Below, in pieces: positions 53,056 through 64,000 of a DNA stretch of 64,000 nucleotides. The stretch covers positions 22,010,001 to 22,074,000 of the forward strand of contig JBITNC010000002.1 of the NCBI GenBank assembly GCA_050084985.1. Direction: 5' to 3'. The DNA is from Nageia nagi (lineage: Eukaryota; Plantae; Pinophyta). Below the pieces are notes generated by a model. It was not told where the DNA came from. It saw nothing but the letters and a program-made list of their open reading frames with translations, and made no database searches. Each line of letters begins with the position of its first letter. The first letter of the stretch is position 1. The position numbers and the translations under genes are program-made.

Positions 53056-54800
53056 CTTTTATTTAAAAATGAGATAGAAAAATATCTCAAAGTTATATTC
53101 ATTAAACCCATTGATTATTCACCTTATATTTCGAACATAGTCCTAACTATGAATCCAAGTGGAGAGGTTAGATGTTGCATAGATTTTAGGGACATCCCTA
53201 AAGCATGCCTCAAGGATAGATTCCCTCTTCCTCACATTTATATGATTGTAAATTTAATATTTTTGTATGAATGTATCTCATTCATATATGGCTTCTTAGG
53301 ATACAATCATATAATAATTAATATGGATGATATGCACAAGATAACTTTCTACACTCCTTTGGGAATATTTTGCTATGAATTCATGCCCTTTGGTCTCAAG
53401 AACATAGGATCCACATATCAAATACCCATGATTCTATATTTTATGACTTGATTCACAAAATAGTTCAAGTATATATGAATGATATCTTATTCAGATATAA
53501 GAAAAAGGAGGATCATCTAAGATATTTAGAAGAAGTTTTTGAGAGATTAAGAAAGTATAAGCTAAGATTTAAATCTTGTAAATTTATGTTTTGAGTTTTA
53601 AGTGGAATTTTGTTAGCCTTGATTATCTCCAAAATAAGGATATAATAGATACTAAGAAATTAAAATCCATCAATGGCATACCTCCTCCCAAGGCTCCTAA
53701 GTAATTAAGAAGTTTTGAAGTCAAAATGACTACTTATGAAGATTCATCTCTCAATTAATGGATAAGACAACTTCATATAGTTACTTGCTCAAGAAGTATG
53801 TTAAGTGTGTTTAGGACAAGAAATTCTAAGAAGAATTTAAATAAATACAAAGGTATTTACTTAATCCTCCTACTTTATCTATTGTTGATCATTGCAAGCT
53901 TTTGTTATTATATATCTCAGTAACAAATCAAGCCTTAGGGGAAATATTTGTTCAAAAGGGGGTTGATAAAAGATAAAGGGAAATATACTATATTCCTAAG
54001 ATATTACTTGAGCATGAAAATATATATACTCCAATTGAGAATATTTTTTATGCTATTGTATATTCTAGTGAGAAACTAAGGCATTACATGATAACAAACA
54101 CAACATTTATGGTGGCTCAAGTTGACCCACTTAAATATCTCGTATCAAAGTGACATATTCAAGGAAATACAACCAAAGAAGTGTTGTTATTACAAGAATT
54201 TAATCTCCTTCATATACATTAGAAAGCTATAAAAAGATAAGACATAGCTAATTTTCTAACTAATGCTTTATGTGAGGATTCTACTCCATTCCAATATGAA
54301 TTCAAAGATGAAGTTGTAGTATTTGTAGAAGAGGAGGAGGAAATGTAGACTCTTTTATTCAATGGCTCAAAGTGACTCAAAGGGAATGGGGCAAGGATAA
54401 TGATCATTAATCTTAAAGAGGGATTATTCCAATGGTGTATCAGCTCAACTTTGACTAAACACATATTATGACTAGTATGAGGCTTGAATTCTAGCTATGA
54501 AAGAAATAACCATAATTAATACTCAAAATATGATCATATATGGAAATTATCAATTAGTAATCAATCAAATTAATAGAGATTACAACATCAAAGATGAAAA
54601 ATTAGTTCTATACAAGGATTTGGTTAGGAATTGATCATCATGTGAGTCAAGAAGGTAAAATTTGAGAGCATCCCAAGGAACAACAATAGGTTTGTTGATG
54701 TCTTTGTTGATGCCATGGCTAGTACTACATTAAATCCTATCCTAATAGAATATGAATAAGCCTTCATCAAGATTCAAAGTTTGAAATATATTTCTCATAC
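53056..54800 (+). mobile_element. Decayed Ty3 Tat-clade pol fragment (RT, RNase H, additional archaeal-type RNase H)
   Basis: VRCCIDFRDIPKACLKDRFPLPHI, GYNHI, MPFGLKNIGSTYQ, YMND, then RNase H, then FNGS..GNGARI...YEA...GNYQLVINQIN...IPRNNNRFVD. Confidence 0.85.
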
Positions 54801-55354
54801 TAAAGGCAAATATGTCATGACTAATTGTATCCATAATGAAGATATATTTGCATTTTATGTTGCACCTCATGCTTCTAAAAGAATGTAATGTTCTATGGTT
54901 TGATTTTTTGTGATGTTGTTAATAGTTGACTGGTTGAATTAGTACTCCTCCAACATCAACTTGACTTTAATTGCCTCAATTACTTACAAGTACAAGCCTT
55001 TATTTCCTTCCACATGCATGAAGATGAGTATTTCATGATCACAAATATGATTTTGTATTGTTCAAAATTAATTTTGTACTCAAGCATGGATGCCATTATA
55101 ATCTCTCTAACTTTTTGGATGCACCATTACTTATATCAATCTTTTAGAGTGTCAAACACTCAATCTCTTTTCTTAAAGCATGTATAGGGATGAAGTCCCA
55201 TTATATTATAATTAAATTATTCATTCTACACATGAATAGTAAAAAAAAGATTTGTATCTCTTCTTTATGTTTCTCATTTTTATGTGTTATTACAATTAAT
55301 TAATTATATGTAGAGTGTTATTTATCTGGTCTAAAGCTAAACTAAGGTAATATT

Positions 55355-56969
55355 TGTAGACACCTAAAAATTGCATATCTTGAGTACATTTATCCTAATC
55401 AATATCAATGTCAATCAACCTAGTCAAAATTAGAGTCATATAAGCCAATCAGATTAGTTACCAACCAACCTATTGATCATTCACTCAACATGCTAGTTAA
55501 TTTTCAAAACCTAATTGGGATTTTGATAATCCATTTGGTATGCTAGTTAGGTTTAGGTCTTTTATATAGGTCAAAATCATTTTATATTATATTTATAGCT
55601 CCATTTTAAAAATCTATCTTTTGTTGTGACCCAAGCCAAGCTTGTAACCTACCACCACCCTAATCACTATCCAAGCATCTAAGCACCCAAACATTAATTT
55701 GCTATAATTTTAGGAGAAATCGTGGGTACATAAAAGATTCATCCTCCCATTTAAGAAAAATGAAGGTATAATTTTGATTTATCAGTATTATATGCTTGTA
55801 GGTTATGTCTTTTAGGTTTTGTAGGTACTTGGAGTCTATTGGAGCTATTGAGATAAAATTGTATCCACCATAGCATAGTGTTTATGTGCATGTAGCTTGC
55901 ATGTTAAGTTAATATCATCCTAGGCTTTTTCTTATCATTTTTTATTTATTTAGAGCTTATATATTTAACATGCAATAGAATTTTAGCATAGATCTCTTGT
56001 ATGCATGTCATTTTATTATAAAAAATAATAAAAATCATATCATTTAGCATCATATTAGAACATAGCATAATATCATTAAGCATTTATTATTTTATATCAT
56101 TCATTTGATTGCAAATAAGAGGGCTTACACTATCATCTAGCATTTTGGCTTTTCTCCAAGGTATTAAAGACTTGTGGATTAAAGTCCCACTCTAACACTT
56201 TGTGCATGCAGATGTTAAATAGCTAAAAAATAAGGATCATAGAAGCATACCAACTTAATATCATCCATATTCTATTGTATGCCTTTTGAATATCTCTTAC
56301 AAGGCATTCCATGAATAAATAAGGTAATATAAAATGGTGATCACAATGGGACCCCTTGGTCCTTGAAGTGGAAAAAATCAAAGAAGATCACTCAAAACCT
56401 AATCTTTATTTTTGTTTCTTTTATTTTAGAACTTTATCTTGTCTATTTCAGTATCTTTAGGTATTGACTTGTTTATGGAATTTTGTAAGTTCATAGATAT
56501 AACAAAAATTTAGAAGTTTCAAAATCCCAGCCATCATCAAGAACTAACCAATTTTAATTAGATCAATTTAAAACTACAAATTGGTCCTAAAAATTCTGAT
56601 TAAACTTCAATTGATATTCTACAAACCAATTCAATTCAAATGACTATCTATAGGCTAACCAATTTGATATTAGGTAGTAGTAGTCCTATGTCAAGTTATT
56701 TGTACATGTTATATATCCTTATCATAGAGTTTATCATTTTTAATTTCTATAGGTGTTATTGTGACCATTGATATGGTTGATTGATCATCTTGCTAGTTGG
56801 TGCTATTAATCGATACTTAACAGACCAGTTAGAATTAGATTATGTAATCTTTAATGCATCAACAACTGCATAAACTTAGAATTGAACATCTAGGTTAATT
56901 TTTTCCTATTTTTTGTATTTAAAATTTTGCATTTATTTGATCCATAATATTTTTTATATGTATTATAGG

Positions 56970-57006
<37 letters not shown>

Positions 57007-60000
57007 TTTTGGGTGGGAGTGTTTGCAGCATCCATTTAGTGGCATTGACATATTTACTTTCAACATTGCATTAATCACATTGATCCTATGTTTTTTTTGG
57101 GGCACATGAACTTTATTCATATGGCCTCACCTACACTTGGAGGTCATTGCCAAGGTGGGACACTTGAATTGATCTTGAAATGATCCACACCCCTAGATAT
57201 TGATTCTTTACCTCAAAACGTTTGACTAGATTCATCTAGGGAAACTAAATAAGAAGTCAATTTTCCATTAAAAGGTAATTTCATTAATCAATATAAGAGA
57301 CTAATTGAGCAAATAATATACTAAAATAAGATACATTACTACTACTATGGTTGTACATTTTTGAATTTGATCATACAAGATTATTTTATCATCATACAGG
57401 TTATTTATGATTAACTTTGTATACATTAAACAAGATTATAACAATACTTTAGGTTGAGTGTCTATTTTCTTTCTTTGGTTGGTACCATTAAGAAATTTGA
57501 TCATACTTTAGAATTTGGTTGCTTGCTAACATATTGTTGTATATATCTTAATAATAATCATGAGCATGCATCCTTCACTAGGTTTTAGTCCATCCTTGGG
57601 TCCTTATTATGATATGTTCCCCTTTAGAAGCAAGACCCTTGAACCAAATCATGTTGAATCCCTTATCAATGACTATCCTTTGCTTCAACATGAGCCTTCA
57701 CAACTTAGGAGGCAATTCTTTAAGAACCCCCTTGTTCAACATATTTTAGTATTGCATCATGAGCAACTTCAAGTACTCCAACCTTGTCAAAAAATCAAGT
57801 CAATTTCTCAAGAGTAAATATTGATCCATAATTTTTAATCAAGATCTAAATCATTAATTACATCAATATGTAATCAAGTATAATCTTCCCCTTCATTATT
57901 TTCATCATCTTCATTTTCACCTCTTGATTCCTTATTTTCATCTTGTTCATCATGATCATCATCTTCTTTATCATATTTTAACTCTTTGATGTCATCATAT
58001 TTGAAAATGTTTTCCTCATCATTATATTTTACATGATCCCAATCATTAAACACAACTCATCATGAACCAAATCAATAATCATTATCATCATTATTTCCCC
58101 AATATATATCATTTCAATCCTTAATTCTTTCGATATTTAAATCACTAGCACAACAACCAATCAATGTTAATCTTGAATCATAATCTTGGCAAAAAAATCA
58201 ACAAAGTTAATCAACATCATGATTACATCATCTTGTTATGTCATCCAATCAAGTTATCAAGACCAAGCAATATTCAGTGCAAAGATGAGGGCCAAATCAC
58301 ACTCTCACTCCCTTGAGGATATCATCTTATCATCATTAAGACCAACTTCAACATACTTTTATTGAAAAAATAGATTCTTTCAACCAAATGAAATAACAAA
58401 GCAATTCTCATCAACTTAGTCCCCAAGGCATGATTCATCATCCCATCTTAATCCACAAAGATCATGAGCAATATCAAGTTTCATCTTCCTATCATTCTTC
58501 ATCATTTCATTAAAGAAAAATCAAAAGTATTGAAATCATTCCTAATCAATATCAATATTGTCTTATTTTTGTGATACAATATCATTATCATCCTTTTCAT
58601 CATCATAATATCACCATTTTATTGATAAGTTTCATCATTTTCATCAAGCATTATTGAATTACTTTCATTTTTTGTCATATCATAGGTAGTATAATCAGTA
58701 ACATCATTGTCATCATTATCTTGAGCAAAATCATAATAATGATCATCATCATTATCATAAGAAACAACGTCACATATTTATATTTTAGATTCATTCATGT
58801 ATCATCATCTTGTATTCTCATCAATTCTTTATTTTAATTTTATTATCTTAAGAGTCAATACTAGATCCTACTCCTCTTTTGCAGTCAGGGTAGGATAGCA
58901 ATCATTCATCTCCTAGCACCATCATGATTCTTCTTTTTCCCTTGCATCCTTTTTACCATTTTATCTTCATCATTTATTTCCATTACCTCTTATCATGTAA
59001 TCATATTTGCTTGTATATATCATGGTATATTTATCTTTTTTTTTTCTGTGTATCATAATTATCAATATGTTTTCATCAAGCATGCCTTGCATCTTATCAT
59101 CATTATTGTATTATCGTAAGCATATATCTTTGAGGTCTATTTGACTCAACATTGTTATCACTAACCACATGCCTAATTTCCCAATGCAAATGTAACCACT
59201 TGGGTCACAACATTTATCGAGTTGCATTACAAATCAATCCCTTAGGGTTGATCATCGATTGTTGACTCTCATGTTTTCTGAGGGAAACATAGTCTTATGG
59301 AATATGTGATAATAAATTTGAGATTAGTAGATCTCTATGATCATGTTTTCATCCTCATCATTCATCAAAGAGAAATAATCATATATTATCATCATCATGA
59401 GCTTTGATATTTGATATTATATCATCATAGCATGATCAATGAGTAATTAACAATATTGATCAATTGTTATTTTGTTGACATCACCATCTTCCACCCATCA
59501 TACCATGTATTAAGAGTCAAGGTACCACCCCTCTCAAGTCCAGGTAAACACCCTAACATTCTAGCATATTTGCAACTCATCATACATATTAGCTTTAGCA
59601 TTACCCTTGAGCATACCCCTTTGCTTACCATCACTTGAAGCAAAGTTATCATAATCCTATCATATCATTGTCATCCCTTGTGATCCATTCAACATAGGAA
59701 AAGGTTAGCATTCATTTTATCTACCATTAATTAGGGAAAAGTTATCATTGATCACATTATTGAGCATAATATGTCATAAGCCAAACATAATATCATGTTA
59801 ACATAAATAGGATCATTTAGCATTGGCCATATCTTTGGGAGCATTTAGCACTTATATCTTAGCATAAGGCAGGTTTGCATACCTACACCAATCCACCATC
59901 CTTATCTACAAAATATCATTGAGAATTTATCACACATCATTGATCATCATCATATCATTTGCCACACTCAATATTTTATCATCAAAACATGATATTTTAG

Positions 60001-61048
60001 ACTTTTATGCTAATCCTTACATGCTTGCAAGACTCATCTTAAAAGGGTGCATCCATAGAAACATTGAAAATACATATATTAAGCATAATTTTTCCTATCC
60101 AATAACACCATTAGTAAACTTGGTTAAAATAAAACTAAAATCAGCCAATCAGGTTAGTTGTCAATTGGCTTATTAATTAGTCACTTGTCATATTAGTTAG
60201 TTTCTAAATCCTAATCTAGATGTCGATTAGGCAATCATTATGTTGGTTAGGTTTAGGTCCTGTATATAGGTTAAAATAATTTTATTTTATCTCTCTAGCT
60301 CCATTTTCAAAATTTGTCTTCTAATGTCACCTAAGTCAAGCTTGTAATATGTTGCCACCCTAAGTACTATCCAAGCACCCAAGCACAAGCACCCAAACAT
60401 CAATCTATTATGAATTTAGGAGAAACCATGAATACATGAAGGATTCATCCACCCATTTGAATACATATGAAGTTGTAATCATTATTTATCAATATTATAT
60501 TCTTATATGTTGTGAATTTTTTAGTTTTATAAGTACTTAGAGTCCATTGGAGCTATTGAGATAGCACTGTATCCATTGTAGCATAGTGTTTTATTTTTTA
60601 CTGTAAATTTAGCTTACATGTTAGGTTAATATCATCCTAAAATTTTGTATGTCATTATTTATTGATTTATATATTATATATTTAACACAAAATAACATTT
60701 TAGCATAGATGTCTTGCATGCATACCAATTTATCATAAAATTAATAAAAAGCATATCATTTAGCATTAGCTTAGAACATAACATTATACCATTAGGTATT
60801 GTGATATTTTATACCATTAATTTTATTAAAAACAAGGGGTATTACATCATTGTATAAAATTCTAACTCATATCCAATGTATTAAATACTTGTGTATTGAA
60901 GTTACCGTCTAACAATTTGTGCATGCAAGTGTTAGATAGCTAAAAAGCAAGGATCATAAAAGCAAATCAACTCTATATCATCCATCTTTTATTGTATTTT
61001 TTTTAGATATTTCTTGCAAGAAATTATAGGTTTAAATAGGGTAATTCA
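55355..61048 (+). mobile_element. Old LARD-like non-autonomous LTR element (Tat/Ogre-type termini)
   Basis: Diverged ~1-kb direct repeats 55355-56330 and 60054-61048; first starts TGTAGACACC. PBS-like TGGTGATCACAATGGGAC (~56335-56352); PPT-like AAAAGGGTGCATC (60041-60053); near-TSD ATATT/ATATC. The 3.7-kb interior shows no recognisable pol. Confidence 0.8.
56972..57004. repeat. (TA)n microsatellite
   Basis: Pure TA run. Confidence 0.95.
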
Positions 61049-62031
61049 ATATCAACCTATTTTATATTAATTTATTCTACTATATATTTATTTATTTTTC
61101 ATTTTGTGCACTAGATTTAGAGGCAATCGTTGTTGTATTAAACTGCCTAGTTTAAGACTAGTTTGATTTTGAACATTATGAATTTCATTCTAGATATTCA
61201 TTTTAATTTTTTTTGTTGGATATTTATTTTTTATACCTTTCCAACCATATACAATTCACCATAACTTATATCAAAAATTTCATCACAATCAATGATTTCT
61301 CGTGATGCACTTACCTAGTCTTCCTCAATAGTAGTCTATGAATACATTCACTTACACCTGATATTTTCCATACTTAAATTACTCCATAAATTTTATGCAT
61401 TACATTATTGGAAAATTTTTTCTTCCCCTTTTTATCCATATATAACATGATACCCTTTGAATATAAATTTCCACTTTTCCAACCTATTATTTTGGCACTA
61501 CAAATAAGTCCTATTCTAGCGATACAATGAACACCTTTCATGTCATTAAGAATAACTATAGTTTAGAAACTCCTTTTGAGTTGATTATTTCTCCATTATA
61601 AAATATTATTTCCAAATTTTCCATCAATATATAATAATATATACTTTTTCATTAATTTTCATTGGTGAAATCAGCCCTCTTTGGAAACTAAATTCATGAT
61701 AGGACTATCTTGGTGACCACATTGTAGTATGGTGACCTCAACTTTAGAAGAAAATTATTACATATATACTAAATGGATTAAGGTATGTGAGTAATTAGTA
61801 TAAATATTTATTTTATACCTTTTCAACCACATATAACACTTGATATATTTATCAAGTTCAGTTTAACGATTTCTACAATTTTGTTAATCTATCATTCTTG
61901 AAGGTTGAACATCAATTTTGTGGTGTCCAAACCCATAACCATCAAATTATTCAATTTGTATCAACTAATTTAGGCCTTAAAAAATAAAATTCCATTTTTT
62001 TTATTAAATATTAAAAATATTATAGGTTGTT

Positions 62032-64000
62032 CATTAGCATTTGAAGGTTGACAAACATTTAAAATCTTCATTTAGTATCAAAGCAATCCATTCTATTGGG
62101 TTAAAATGGAATAAAATAATGGAAAAACAATACAACAAAAAATTTCTATATTCAATGGTGAATAATTTAATTAATAGTTTAATGAGAAAATCTCCTCATA
62201 TGACAAGCTCTTTAGAGTCTTATTTCACAAGGTTATTTAAAACTTGATGCTACAGCCTTTGCAGAACTTGTAGCAAATGAGAAGGACCTTTTAAAGAACA
62301 AAAAGAAGAATGTTAAAGCCTTGTTTGTCATACAAAGTGGGATATATGTGTTTATCTTTCCCAATATTGTAGAATGAAAATAATCCAAATAATCATGTGA
62401 TACTCTTTGAAGTAACTACAAATGATCTTCAAAGGTAAGAGTAGCTAAGCCTCAACTCTTATATAGGGATTTTGAATCCTTAAAAATGAATGATGATGAC
62501 ACCATTGAGGTATTCATGAATAGAGTACAAGATTTGGTTAATGTCATTCATGCATATGGTGACACACTATATTATATTAATATCATGGATAAAGTACTGA
62601 GAATCTTTCCTAGTAAGTTTGATCCTATCATCATTACCATTGAGAAATTTAATGGCAAATCATCTACATCCTCTACTTAAGCTGCTTGGAAGATTACAAA
62701 CTTAAGTTGTCTCAATTAACTCTACTTAAGTTGTCTCAATTAACTCTACTTAAGTTGTTTGGAAGCTTACAAACCTATGACTATAGAATGAAAGCTAGGT
62801 CTAAAAATCTTGATAAAGTATTCTAAGAAAAATTAGATTTAATGACAAATCATCTACATCCTCTACTTTATAATCTTCTTTAAGAGGTCATGTAAGAGTT
62901 CATGATGGATCAAGCCCTGGAAGAGGCAATCATGGTAGAGGAAGAGGCATTTCAACCAACATAAGTTAAAGATCAAACTAAAAATATTATGACTATATTA
63001 GAAAAGATAATCACAATGAATAGAAATGCTTCAATTGGTATTAGAGAATTGAGGCCTTCAACCTCAAAAATTCCAATTGGTATTAGATAGTAACAAATTC
63101 ATGGATTTTTTATTAGCACTTGAAGGTTAATGAATATTCAAAATCTTTGGTATCAAAGCATTTTATTCTATTACATTAAAATAAAATCAAATAATGAAAA
63201 CATAATGTAGTTGTAGATTCTTGTACCAAGTTGTGAACACTTTGAGTACTAGATTATTCAAATGAGAATGTTTCACATATCACAAAGTATTTATAATCAT
63301 ATTTCAGAAGGTTATATAGAACTAATGTTATAGCCTTTACTACACTTATAATATATAAGTAGAAGGAGATTTTGTAGATAAAAAAGAAGGATGCCAAAGC
63401 CTTGTTTGTTATAAAAAGTGGAATATATATGTATATCTTTCCCAAGATTGCAGAATACAAGTAATACAAATAATCATAAGAGACTCTTGAGAGTGCCTAA
63501 AAAGGATTTTCAAATGTAAGAGTAGCTAAGCTTCATCTCTTACATAGGGATTTTGAATCCTTAAAAATGAATGATGATGAGACCATTGAGGTCTTCATGA
63601 GTAGAGTACAAGATTTGGTAAATGTCATTCATATCTAGATGGTAGGGCACTAGATGATATTAGGATTATGGGTAAAGTGTTGAGAAGGCTTACTATGAAG
63701 TTTGAACGTATCATTACAATTGAGGAATATATAGATACTTATGTCAATTAACTATACTTGAGTTGCTTGGAAGCTTGCAGACATATGAGCAAAGAATGAA
63801 AGAGAATTCTAAAAATCATGATCAAGAACTCCAAGATAAACTCAAAAGTAATGATCAATCATCTACCTCCTCTAGTTCATAATCTTCTTTAAGAGGTTGT
63901 GGTAGAGTTTGTAATGGATTAGGTCAAGGAATAGGAAATTGTGGTAGAGGAAGAGGCAAGTCAGCTAGCAAAAATCCAAGGTCAACCCAAAAATAAAAAG
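62032..64000 (+). mobile_element. Two tandem, diverged Copia PBS-gag fragments (~1.08 kb period)
   Basis: PBS-like TAGTATCAAAGC (~62073) and TGGTATCAAAGC (~63148), each followed by KKKxxKALFVIxSG...RDFESLKMNDDxTIEVFMxRVQDLVNVIH (UBN2-type gag) and an RG-rich stretch. Confidence 0.85.

Overview
AT-rich, strongly CpG-depleted nuclear DNA from a land plant with a large, repeat-rich genome (gymnosperm-like; the taxon is an inference). Only two intact host genes are present, both with uninterrupted ORFs: a P-class PPR gene (18156-20273, minus; resembles Arabidopsis At1g09820) and a SHORT-ROOT-subfamily GRAS transcription factor (37592-38830, plus). The rest is a layered TE graveyard: a full-length degenerate Ty3/chromovirus element (69-5783), two LINE RT fragments, a foldback/double-hairpin element, a gag-protease-only Copia derivative nested in a Tat-like gag, a decayed full-length Copia, Tat pol with a second RNase H, a LARD-like element with ~1 kb LTRs, tandem PBS-gag units and tRNA-like SINE remnants. 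The most notable object is a young, structurally perfect LTR element (41736-45373; 311-bp LTRs differing at 6 sites, AAATC TSD, Met-tRNA PBS, PPT). It has no recognisable gag core or pol and instead carries a reconstructable ~500-aa acidic, Cys-rich, internally repetitive ORF of unknown family. Also notable are three predicted short introns in the PPR 3' UTR and an ectopic ~215-bp copy of that region 7 kb away. All alignments and translations were done by eye.
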